This document shows positions 23,634 to 32,616 of a stretch of 42,923 bases of DNA, piece by piece. The notes under the pieces were generated by a model. The model did not search any database and was not told the origin of the DNA. It saw only the letters and a program-made list of their open reading frames with translations. The stretch comes from an uncultured Gammaproteobacteria bacterium (lineage in GTDB: Bacteria; Patescibacteriota; Microgenomatia; UM-FILTER-40-11), in the NCBI GenBank assembly GCA_964452885.1, contig CAYVNK010000001.1, forward strand, positions 1 to 42,923. Direction: 5' to 3'. Position 1 is the stretch's first letter. Each line of letters starts with the position of its first letter. A program made the position numbers and the translations under genes.

Positions 23634-25454
23634 TTAAAACTCGTTAATCGTCTCTAGAAGATCTTCGGGAATATCTTCTATAAAACGCGAGATTTGATTA
23701 GCGGATCTTTGACCGAAAAAAAGTCTTTTTCTGGCATGGGTCAAAAAAATCTTTTCTTTTGCCCGTGTAATGCCGACGTAACAAAGTCTCCTTTCTTCTT
23801 CCAACTCGTTTTTATCCAGCAAGGAACGAGAATGAGGGAAAAGACCCTCTTCCATGCCGACGATAAAAACAATCGGAAATTCCAACCCCTTAGAGGCGTG
23901 CAAAGTCATTAAAGTTATCGCTTCTTTTTTTTCAAGAGTTGGTTTATCGGGAAGCGATTCTTGGTCGACTAGGGAAACATTTTCCAAAAAATCGGTCAGG
24001 TTAGGAAATTCCGTAGCCACCGAACGAAGTTCTTTAATATTTTCCAAACGGGATAAATCTTCTTCAACTTCAGGATCATAAAGAGATAAATAATCAGCCG
24101 CTTTTAAACTGCCGTCAAAAAGAACAATGGTATCAATTTTACTTAAATCATTGTTAGCGGACAAACTAATCTCTTTCCTCCAAACTAAGAATTTTTCCAA
24201 ACGGTTTTTCCCGATTTTTTCAATTCTTTTTCGGGAAATGGAGTCCTTGGGATTGGCGAGTAATCGCAGGTAGGCAAGGACATCTTTTATTTCCTTTCTT
24301 TGGTAAAAACCGGTCCCGCCGACCAGTCTGTAAGGAATCCCGGCGTGCAGGAAAAATTCTTCTAAAACCCTGGATTGAGCATTAGTCCGGTAAAGAATGG
24401 CAAAATCAGAAAGAGAATGTTTATCTAAAAGAGAACTAATTTTATTAACCACAAATTCCGCTTCTTTAAGTTCGCTGTCCGCTTCAAAAAGACCGACCTT
24501 TTCTCCTTTTTTATTTTTCGTCCAAAGTTTGAGAATCGGGTGAGTGGTATTGTGACTGATAATAAAATAGGCAACATCTAAAATTGCCTGGGTTGACCGG
24601 TAATTTTGTTCCAAATTTATAATTTTTAAATTAGAAAAATCACTTTTTAAGTTTACTAAATTTCGGAAGTTAGCCCCACGGAAACCGTAAATGCTTTGGG
24701 AAGAATCTCCTACTACAGTTAAATTGTGAAATCTTTGAGCCAGTATTTTAGTCAACACATATTGAGCGTGGTTGATGTCCTGATATTCGTCCACCAAAAG
24801 ATATTGGAATTTATTTTGATATTTTCCGAGAACTTCAGGAAATTTTTTAAAAAGGTTAACAACTTTAAAAATCAAGTCATCAAAATCAACCGCAGAACTG
24901 TTGTTCAAAAATCTTTGATAATCTAAATAAATTTCCGCCACATTTTTTTGCCAAGGACCGCGAGTATAATTTAGATATTCCAATTCCGAGATAAGTTCAT
25001 TTTTAGCCTGAGAAATGGTAGCCAAAACCGAAGACGGCTTATAATCTTTTAAAGAGAATTTTAGTTTATTGATAACCTCTTTTATGGCTTCCTGTTGGTC
25101 GCCTTCGTCATAAATTACATAGTTTGGCGGAATACCCAGCAAGTTACCTTCCTGACGTAAGATTTTCGCGCAGAAAGAATGAAAAGTACCGGCATACGGA
25201 GGTGGTAGGTTATGGGGATTAGGGGTTAGTAATTTTAAAATGCGGGATTTCATTTCCCCGGCGGCTTTATTAGTAAAGGTCAGAAGAAGAATATTTTCCG
25301 GTAAAATTTCTCTTTTTAAGATTAAGTAGGCGGCCCGATGAGTTAAAGCCCTGGTTTTGCCACTGCCGGCGCCGGCAAGAATTAAAAGCGGACCGCTTCC
25401 AAAAGTAACGGCTTCTTGTTGAGGGGGATTCAAATCTGCTAAAATATCATTCAT
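23634..25454 (-). CDS. pcrA: ATP-dependent DNA helicase PcrA/UvrD (intein-free)
   Basis: The likely start is MNDILADLNPPQQEAV...ILAGAGSGKT (ATG at 25454-25452). Further motifs are LLVDEYQDIN, VGDSSQSIYGFRGA, NYRST, TLHASKGLEFPIVFIVG and YVGITRAK. The upstream part of track ORF 23634..25694 has no helicase similarity and overlaps the divergent LCP gene. Confidence 0.85.
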   Translation of the reverse strand: MNDILADLNPPQQEAVTFGSGPLLILAGAGSGKTRALTHRAAYLILKREILPENILLLTFTNKAAGEMKSRILKLLTPNPHNLPPPYAGTFHSFCAKILRQEGNLLGIPPNYVIYDEGDQQEAIKEVINKLKFSLKDYKPSSVLATISQAKNELISELEYLNYTRGPWQKNVAEIYLDYQRFLNNSSAVDFDDLIFKVVNLFKKFPEVLGKYQNKFQYLLVDEYQDINHAQYVLTKILAQRFHNLTVVGDSSQSIYGFRGANFRNLVNLKSDFSNLKIINLEQNYRSTQAILDVAYFIISHNTTHPILKLWTKNKKGEKVGLFEADSELKEAEFVVNKISSLLDKHSLSDFAILYRTNAQSRVLEEFFLHAGIPYRLVGGTGFYQRKEIKDVLAYLRLLANPKDSISRKRIEKIGKNRLEKFLVWRKEISLSANNDLSKIDTIVLFDGSLKAADYLSLYDPEVEEDLSRLENIKELRSVATEFPNLTDFLENVSLVDQESLPDKPTLEKKEAITLMTLHASKGLEFPIVFIVGMEEGLFPHSRSLLDKNELEEERRLCYVGITRAKEKIFLTHARKRLFFGQRSANQISRFIEDIPEDLLETINEF

Positions 25455-26388
25455 GGTTAAAAAAAGACCTCTTCTTTTTCTGGCCTGCTTTTTGATTTTA
25501 CTATTTTTTTTGGGTTTTGGGATTGGCAGATTAATAAAAGAGACGTACTTTAGAGGAATTAAAAACCAGAATGGAGTCACAAATTTTCTTTTGGTTGGTA
25601 TCAGGGGATTTGAAACAAACGGCGCCGATTTGACCGATACAATGATTTTTGTTTCCTTAAGTAAAAATACCGGGGTATCTTCGGTCATTACCATTCCCCG
25701 TGATCTTTGGATTAATTCGCTTCAGGCAAAAATCAACAGCGCATATCATTATGGGGGATTTGATTTGGCAAAAAAGACTGTTGGTGAAGTTTTAGGTCAG
25801 GAAATTAATTATATGGTGGTCATTAATTTTGAAAGTTTTGGCAAAGTAATTGATCTTTTGGGAGGAATAGAAATAGATGTAAAAACAGCTTTTGATGATT
25901 TTAAATATCCGATTGCCGGTAAGGAAAATGATTTGTGTGATGGTGATAAAGAATTGAAATGCCGGTATGAACATCTTCATTTTGACGCCGGTAAACAGAT
26001 AATGTCAGGAACAGTAGTTCTTAAATTTGTTCGCAGCCGCAATGCCGTAGGAGAAGAAGGTACTGATTTTGCCCGTTCGGTCAGACAACAACGGGTAATA
26101 ATCGGAATTAAACAAAAAATCCTAAGCAAAGAATTTTATTTTAATCCAGTAAGGGTGGTTGGGCTTTGGAATACCTTCATGGAATATTTAACCATTGATA
26201 TTAATCGGTATGAATATGGTAATTTGGCTTTGCTTTTGAAAAGAATTAATTGGAACGAAATAAAATCTACATCTTTTGATAATCTTTTGATTAACCCTAA
26301 AATGCATTATTCCAAACAGTGGGTTTTATTGCCTAAAGACGGTACGGGAGAGGAAATTAAAAAATTTGTAGCCGATTTCCTAAGGTAA
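25453..26388 (+). CDS. LytR-CpsA-Psr (LCP) family glycopolymer phosphotransferase
   Basis: N-terminal TM anchor, then NFLLVGIRG...DLTDTMIFVSL...SVITIPRDLWI...VVINFESFGKVIDLLGGIEIDV...VRSR. Confidence 0.8.
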   Translation: MVKKRPLLFLACFLILLFFLGFGIGRLIKETYFRGIKNQNGVTNFLLVGIRGFETNGADLTDTMIFVSLSKNTGVSSVITIPRDLWINSLQAKINSAYHYGGFDLAKKTVGEVLGQEINYMVVINFESFGKVIDLLGGIEIDVKTAFDDFKYPIAGKENDLCDGDKELKCRYEHLHFDAGKQIMSGTVVLKFVRSRNAVGEEGTDFARSVRQQRVIIGIKQKILSKEFYFNPVRVVGLWNTFMEYLTIDINRYEYGNLALLLKRINWNEIKSTSFDNLLINPKMHYSKQWVLLPKDGTGEEIKKFVADFLR

Positions 26389-28563
26389 CTCAAAAATTTT
26401 TGTTTGCCCGCTTTCAAAGACTAGTTTTCCCAGTGAAGAAATTTTTGCCAAGTTTAGATTTGGATATTTTTCCTTTTCCATTTTCCCAACCACAATATAT
26501 TTTACTTGATATTTTTTAAGCAAATCTTTGGTCAGGCTTAAATCTTTTGATTCGTAAATTGTCTGGACTTCACCGGCTCTTTTTCTCGGTTCGTCATAAC
26601 CTCCCCGCCAAAGCCATTCGTGCCCCAGCCAGCCTTCAATCGTCGGCAGTCCGGTAGCCATAGAAATTCTTTCATAATCCGTATAACTGTCGCCGACTGC
26701 CTCTAAAACCACCGGCTGATTTTTAACATTTTTTTGCAGCCATAGAACGGCAGCATAATCGCCGGGATAAGAAGTCTTTAAGAAATTAAGTCCATAAAGC
26801 CCTTTATAATTTTTAGAATTTAATTCTCCATAGTAGCCTTTAATAGAGTAGAAAGGATAAACCATTAAAAGAAGAAAAACAAACGAGTAAATTACCATGG
26901 TGATTTTTTTAAGAAGGATATTTTTTAAGGAAGAAAGAACTCGGGCGATAATATAGCCGATAATCACCGAGAACATAATGAAAGATTGGTAAGTCAATTT
27001 AAACATCGTGTTGGCGCGATGATAAGAAGGGATGTAAATGTCTTTGACATAAATAATTTCCGGAATAATGATTAAAATAGTGGCCGTTAAAAAAAGTATC
27101 AAAACAAAAAAATCGGCAATGGAACAATTTTCCGTTAATGAACGAAAATTTAGTTTTATTTCTTTAGATTTAAACCAAGAAAGAAACTTTTTTCCAAAAA
27201 GAAAAATCAAAAAAGACAGTCCAAGAAACCAAGGGATTCCCCAAAGAATTAATAGTTGATAAAACAAAGAATGAGCGCGGACAAAACCAATTCCTTGAAC
27301 AATCGGTTGAAAAGAAAGTTGAAAAGGAAGGAATAAAAGAATTGAAACAAGAATAATAACGATTCCTAACAAAACCGCCCTGTCGAATGTTTTCCAAGAA
27401 AAAGAAAATCGTTCCCAGAAAGAAATAAGAAGAGTAAAACCTAAAACCAAAAGATAAATCGGAAAATCCCATTGATTGGTCATAAACATTACCGCCAGAG
27501 TGAGGGATAAACCCAGGACAATTAGATAAAAATCAGGGCTTAATATTTTTTTTGACTTCTCCTTTAAATATAGAAAAAGATTTAAAGTAAGCATCAGGAA
27601 AAGTAAAACAAAAGGAATGTCGGAAACATGACCGTGAAGATCCGAAACGATAAAAGAATAAGAAGGAAATTCATGAATAGTTTTATCTTCAACACTGGGA
27701 CAATAGCCGATGTAGCGGGTGGCGTTGGGGTACCAGTAGAAAAAAGAGCCGTCGCAGTAGGGCTTTTTTAAAATTCCCATTTTGAAGTTATAAAAAGCGG
27801 GATGAAGATTAGCTCCTAAAGAAATTAGTAAGGCGGAAATAAGACCACCAAGAATTATTAATTTTAAATCCTTCGGCAAGCTCAGGACAAGTTTTTTGTC
27901 AGTAAATAGGGAAATTTTTTCTTTAATAAAAAGAAAAATTAAATTTCCCGTTAAAGAAAAAGTCAGAGAAAAAGTAAAAGCAAAGAGTGTTGCTATCATC
28001 AGATTGTAGGTAATGGCGGAGTCAATATTTGAAAGTTTAGTTAAAAAAGCAGTGACCAAGTGGCCGAAATAATAGTAATTTATTGATTTTCCCGCAAACC
28101 ACATATCTGCCGGAGGGAAATACCTGCTTCTTAAAATTGAATTGACAAAGCCAAAGTCCATGAATTTTTCTAAGCCCTGGATATTGGGTTGAAAACCGCG
28201 GACAAAAGACCAGGCAATAAGGGCAAGTAAAAACAAAAGCTCTTCAAAAATAAAAATACCGACCTTGGGAGAAAAACGAGAACGAAAAGAAGAAATTATT
28301 TTTTTTGGTCCAAAAATCAGTAAGTTAATTACCAAACTTATCGCCAGAACAATAAAAATAGTTATTTGGGTAAAGGGTAAAATTTTTAAAGAGCCAAGAA
28401 GCCAGACCAAATAGGAGGAAAAAAGAAGACCGATGACTTTTGAAAAAAGATACCCCCGGTCAAAAAAATTGGCAAAGATTTTTTTGGTTAGAGGAAGAAA
28501 TATTAGACCAATTAAAAAAATAACTGACCACCAGGTAAGGATTTGACCCAAATCGGAAATCAT
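26380..28563 (-). CDS. DUF2298 (YYY-motif) large integral membrane protein
   Basis: 727-aa polytopic protein with FAGKSINYYYFGHLV (the YYY signature). A soluble C-terminal domain ends ...KYIVVGKMEKEKYPN. Confidence 0.7.
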   Translation of the reverse strand: MISDLGQILTWWSVIFLIGLIFLPLTKKIFANFFDRGYLFSKVIGLLFSSYLVWLLGSLKILPFTQITIFIVLAISLVINLLIFGPKKIISSFRSRFSPKVGIFIFEELLFLLALIAWSFVRGFQPNIQGLEKFMDFGFVNSILRSRYFPPADMWFAGKSINYYYFGHLVTAFLTKLSNIDSAITYNLMIATLFAFTFSLTFSLTGNLIFLFIKEKISLFTDKKLVLSLPKDLKLIILGGLISALLISLGANLHPAFYNFKMGILKKPYCDGSFFYWYPNATRYIGYCPSVEDKTIHEFPSYSFIVSDLHGHVSDIPFVLLFLMLTLNLFLYLKEKSKKILSPDFYLIVLGLSLTLAVMFMTNQWDFPIYLLVLGFTLLISFWERFSFSWKTFDRAVLLGIVIILVSILLFLPFQLSFQPIVQGIGFVRAHSLFYQLLILWGIPWFLGLSFLIFLFGKKFLSWFKSKEIKLNFRSLTENCSIADFFVLILFLTATILIIIPEIIYVKDIYIPSYHRANTMFKLTYQSFIMFSVIIGYIIARVLSSLKNILLKKITMVIYSFVFLLLMVYPFYSIKGYYGELNSKNYKGLYGLNFLKTSYPGDYAAVLWLQKNVKNQPVVLEAVGDSYTDYERISMATGLPTIEGWLGHEWLWRGGYDEPRKRAGEVQTIYESKDLSLTKDLLKKYQVKYIVVGKMEKEKYPNLNLAKISSLGKLVFESGQTKIFELP

Positions 28564-28638
28564 GGTTGTATTTTAGAAAACCCAATAAGGTAATGCAATG
28601 CTTTGCGCAATCCCTTAGGGCGGGGTATAATTTGTCAG

Positions 28639-29160
28639 ATGCGGAAAACAAAAATTGCTTTTGATTTGGATGGAGTAATTATTGACAAACCGCCCTTAGT
28701 GCCGAAATCATTAATCGAAAGGTTGTTTAGGGGGAATAATGATAAAAAACTTCATTATCGATTCCCCAAAAGCAAATTAGAGCAGTTTGTCAGAAAAGTT
28801 TCTCATTTTTATTTATTTAGGCCGCCGATTAAGCAAAACATAGAATTAGTTAGAGAAATCTCGCATAATTCTGGTTATGAAATTTATTTTGTCTCCAGCA
28901 GATATTCTTTTTTGAAAAAGGAAACAGATCTTTGGCTAGAAAAAAGAGATTTGAAAAATGTGGCCAAAGATATTTTTTTGAATCTGAATGATGAACAACC
29001 CCATTTGTTTAAAGAAAAAATATTAAATGAGTTAAAACCGGATATTTTTATTGATGATGACGAAACTATTGTTAGATATTTACGTCAAAATATTTCTTCA
29101 ACCAAAATAATTCATTACCTGCCGGGAGCAATCTTGGGGGAGTTATTGGACATTGGATAA
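28639..29160 (+). CDS. HAD-superfamily hydrolase (nucleotidase-like)
   Basis: MRKTKIAFDLDGVI (DxDG motif I) and a late IFIDDD motif. TATAAT at 28626-28631 lies 7 nt upstream of this ATG. The track ORF start at 28603 is a TTG. Confidence 0.55.
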   Translation: MRKTKIAFDLDGVIIDKPPLVPKSLIERLFRGNNDKKLHYRFPKSKLEQFVRKVSHFYLFRPPIKQNIELVREISHNSGYEIYFVSSRYSFLKKETDLWLEKRDLKNVAKDIFLNLNDEQPHLFKEKILNELKPDIFIDDDETIVRYLRQNISSTKIIHYLPGAILGELLDIG

Positions 29161-29169
29161 AATATCCGG

Positions 29170-30303
29170 GTGAAAATTTTAATTGGTATTTCCTATTATT
29201 TTCCTAATATTTCCGGTGTCACTATCTATGCTAAAAGATTGGCCGAAGGACTGGTCAAAAGAGGGCATGAAGTTACAGTCCTGACTTCGCGGTACGATCA
29301 ATCTTTGCCGCAAAAAGAAATAATTAATGGCGTTTTGGTCTTTAGAAGCAAAGTTTTATTAAAAATTGGTAAAGGAATTTTAATGCCTTTGCTTCCTTTA
29401 CAAATATTTAAGTTGGTCAAAGGTTGTGAAATTATCAATTGTCATCTTCCTCAGTTTGAATCTTTTGTCTTTGCTATTATCGGAAAACTGATTGGTAAAA
29501 GAGTCATTCTGACTCACCATACCGATCTTTCCGGTTGGCCGGGATTCTTTAATCGAATTGCTGAGGGTAGTGTTTGGGGAGGGCAATTAATTGCCGGAAT
29601 GTTGGCCGACAAAATTGTTCCTTACACCAAAGACTATGCCGACCACTCTTGGTATTTACGACTATTTCGTCGAAAATTAACCTATATTCTACCGCCAATT
29701 ATTGCCGGCAGACCAGATAAAAATCTGGCAAAAAAATGGCAAAAAGAGTTGAATAATCCTCAATATATCATTGGTTTTGCCGGAAGAATTGCTAGGCAAA
29801 AAGGAATTCCCTACTTACTGCGAGCGATTCCATTTTTAGAAAAGGAATTTGCCTCATTTAAAATTGTTTTTGCCGGACCTTATAAAAAAGTCATTGGCGA
29901 AAATTATTTTTTGGAAATTGAGAATTTGGTAAATAAATATAAAGAAAGGCTCTTTTTTTTAGGTGATATTTCGGAAGAAAAAATGGCCACTTTTTATTCG
30001 ATTTGTGATGTTTTGGTTTTACCCAGTGATGATCGGTTGGAATCATTTGGCTTAGTACAGGCCGAATCCATGCTGCAAGGTTGCCCGGTCGTCGCGACCG
30101 ACCTGCCAGGGGCAAGAATGCCTATAAAACTAACAGGAATGGGACTGGTGGTGCCGGCAAAAAACAGCCAGTTATTAGCGGAAGCAATAGTTAAGATAAC
30201 TAAAAAGAGAAACTTTTTTGTTCAAACAAAAAATAAAGCAAAAAAAATTTTTGATTGTCAAAAAACAATAGAGGAATATGAAAGATTATTTAATCAAAGT
30301 TGA
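29170..30303 (+). CDS. GT-B fold glycosyltransferase (CAZy GT4 / group 1)
   Basis: ISGVTIYAKRLAEGLVKRGHEVTVLT and ESFGLVQAESMLQGCPVVATDLPG (EX7E region). GTG start. Confidence 0.8.
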   Translation: MKILIGISYYFPNISGVTIYAKRLAEGLVKRGHEVTVLTSRYDQSLPQKEIINGVLVFRSKVLLKIGKGILMPLLPLQIFKLVKGCEIINCHLPQFESFVFAIIGKLIGKRVILTHHTDLSGWPGFFNRIAEGSVWGGQLIAGMLADKIVPYTKDYADHSWYLRLFRRKLTYILPPIIAGRPDKNLAKKWQKELNNPQYIIGFAGRIARQKGIPYLLRAIPFLEKEFASFKIVFAGPYKKVIGENYFLEIENLVNKYKERLFFLGDISEEKMATFYSICDVLVLPSDDRLESFGLVQAESMLQGCPVVATDLPGARMPIKLTGMGLVVPAKNSQLLAEAIVKITKKRNFFVQTKNKAKKIFDCQKTIEEYERLFNQS

Positions 30304-31105
30304 CAACATTTTACCCAGAGAGCCGGATCCAGCTTTTGCCCGAAGAGCGAGAATAATTTTTGCAAACCTTGATATTAACGGTAATGAAAAAATTCTGGAA
30401 ATTGGTTGCGGCCGGGGGTTTTATTTGAAGACATTAAAAGAAGTCTGGCCCAAATTAGAAGTTACCGGAATTGATCTTAATTTGGAATATCTCAAAAAAG
30501 CCGAAGAATTTGTTGGTGAATTAAAAGTTAACTTAAGAGTAGCCGACGCGACAAAGCTCCCGTTTGAAGATAAGACTTTTGACCGGATTATTGCCACGGA
30601 AATTTTGGAACATATTCCCGATGACCAAAAGGCCATTGCCGAAATATATCGGGTTTTAAAACCGGGCGGGATGGTGATGATTACCGTCCCTAATATAAAT
30701 TATCCTTTTTTATGGGATCCATTGAATTGGACTTTGGAAAGGTTTTTTAGGACCCATATTCCTTCAAATGTTTGGTGGTTGGCCGGAATTTGGGCGGACC
30801 ACGTCAGACTTTATGACGAGAGGGAATTGAAAAATAAAATAGAGAAGAAGAGATTTAAGATAGAAAAAATTTGGCATTCTACTCGTTATTGCTTTCCTTT
30901 TTGTCACTTTATTTTATATGGGATTGGAAAAAATTTAGTCGAGAAGGGTTTATTTAAAAATTATAACCGTTTTATTTTTCAAAATAACCCAAGTTTAATG
31001 AAGAAAATATTACTTTTTCCTATCAGATGGATTGATTCTAAAAATATAAATATCAATGATCAAAATTGTTCATCGGTAAATTTAATTTTTAAAGCAAAGA
31101 AATGA
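30278..31105 (+). CDS. Class I SAM-dependent methyltransferase
   Basis: ILEIGCGRGFY (motif I), ADATKLPFEDKTFDRII and VLKPGGMVMI. It overlaps the upstream GT gene by 26 nt. Confidence 0.8.
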   Translation: MKDYLIKVDNILPREPDPAFARRARIIFANLDINGNEKILEIGCGRGFYLKTLKEVWPKLEVTGIDLNLEYLKKAEEFVGELKVNLRVADATKLPFEDKTFDRIIATEILEHIPDDQKAIAEIYRVLKPGGMVMITVPNINYPFLWDPLNWTLERFFRTHIPSNVWWLAGIWADHVRLYDERELKNKIEKKRFKIEKIWHSTRYCFPFCHFILYGIGKNLVEKGLFKNYNRFIFQNNPSLMKKILLFPIRWIDSKNININDQNCSSVNLIFKAKK

Positions 31106-31108
31106 TTT

Positions 31109-32616
31109 ATGAAACAGATATTAAAAAATATTATTAAAAAAATTGATTTATTATTTTGGGCAATTTTTATTTTTTCCTGTTTACCCAGGTTTCTTTTTTT
31201 GGATAAAATTCCCTTAAGGGTTGATGGAGATGCTTCGCGCTTTGCCTTGGATGGTTTAAGTGCGTGGCGGGAACATTGGTCTTTATTTTCAACCGGCTGG
31301 CAAGGGCACACATTTTTTTGTTTTATCTAATTGGTTTCTTTGTCAAAATTTTTAAAAATCAATTGCTTGGGTTAAGACTATTTTCCGTTGTTGGTGGGAA
31401 TCTGTCGGTAGTCGCTACATATCTTTTGGCCAAGAAACTTTTTGATAAAAAAGTCGCTTTTTGGGCAGCAGTTTTTTTGGCTGTTTGTCCGTTTCACTTG
31501 GTTTTTTCGCGGGTCGGGACGGAGGCAATTTGGACAAGTTTTTTTGCCCCCTTAGTTGCTTATTTGATACTTGAATCCTTCCTTTTTAGTATATTTTTGG
31601 CAGGTTTTCTTATTGGTTTTTCCCAGTATTTTTATCCGGGAGCGAGAATCTTGCCGATTATGGCTCTGTTTCAATTAATCATTTTAGTCCTGTATTCCAA
31701 ATTAAAGATTATTGAGGGATTAAAAAAAGTAGCAATAATCATCTTGGGGATAATTTTGGTATATTTTCCAATGATTAATCATTTTTATCATCACCCCGAT
31801 GAATATTCTGCTAGAGTTAATATTGTCGGAATATTTCAGTCAGGTTGGTTGGTTAAAGAAAGTGCCAAAAGGCCAATTGTAAATATTTTTTGGGAACAAA
31901 TTAAAAACAGTTTTCAGGTTTTTTGGTTACCAGTTAATTCAGGGTCGCGTTTTTGGTTTATTCGAACTCCTTATCTTGACTTTCTCCCCATCATATTTTT
32001 TAGTTTAGGAATAATTATCTTGCTCATTTCATTGAAGAAAATCTATCAACCGCTTTTTTTACTCGGTTTTTTTGTTTTAACAGTTTTTTTTGCTGGGGTT
32101 CTGACGATTGATTCACCGACACCAAGCCGCTATGTGATTATTTTCCCTTTCCTGGCAATTATAGTCGGTATTGGTCTTGAAAAAATGTTGAGTAAATTTA
32201 AAACTAAAATTGCCAAAATATTTTTTGGAATAATCCTTGTTTTATCATCGGGTTATTCTTACTGGCGTCATGAGACAATAGATACTTGGAAATATGATAC
32301 TAATACACAGATTGCGACTTTTGCAGGCCGGTATTTATCGCAAAAAACAGGTAATTATCAAATTTATTTTCTTGGAAATAATAATTTGTATTATAACGCC
32401 ATACCAACACTTCCTTTTTTAACTAAAAAAGAAGGTACTGATATTTTTAAGCCTATTGAAAAATATACAGGCATTAATGAAGGAAAAAGTTATTTTATTA
32501 TTCTTCCTGACAGAAAAGCCGATTTAGGATATTTGAGAAAAAATTATCCTTTAGGGAAATCCTCGGAATTTAAAAACCCTCTAGGAGATTTGCTTTTTTA
32601 TCTCTTTGAAAAATAG
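31109..32616 (+). pseudogene. GT-C (GT39/ArnT-like) glycosyltransferase split by a frameshift near a T-run
   Basis: 31109..31330 encodes the N-terminal TM segment and loop (LPRFLFLDKIPLRVDGDASRFAL...GWQGH). The other frame (track ORF 31264..32616) continues ...FLFYLIGFF...LFSVVGGNLSVVATYLLAKKLF...CPFHLVFSRVG. The frame switch lies around cacacatttttttgttt (~31305-31320). Confidence 0.65.

Noticed and set aside
23386-23657. Small plus-strand ORFs 23386..23637 and 23466..23657 as real genes.
   Set aside because: They have no recognisable family, are hydrophobic and low-complexity, and overlap each other and the pcrA 3' end. They are kept only as part of the note on the unexplained spacer.
25455-25694. 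The 80-codon N-terminal extension of the pcrA track ORF (23634..25694).
   Set aside because: The extension has no helicase similarity, and canonical PcrA N-termini begin close to the xxLNxxQxxAV motif found right after the ATG at 25454. The extension would also fully overlap the LCP gene's signal-anchor region.
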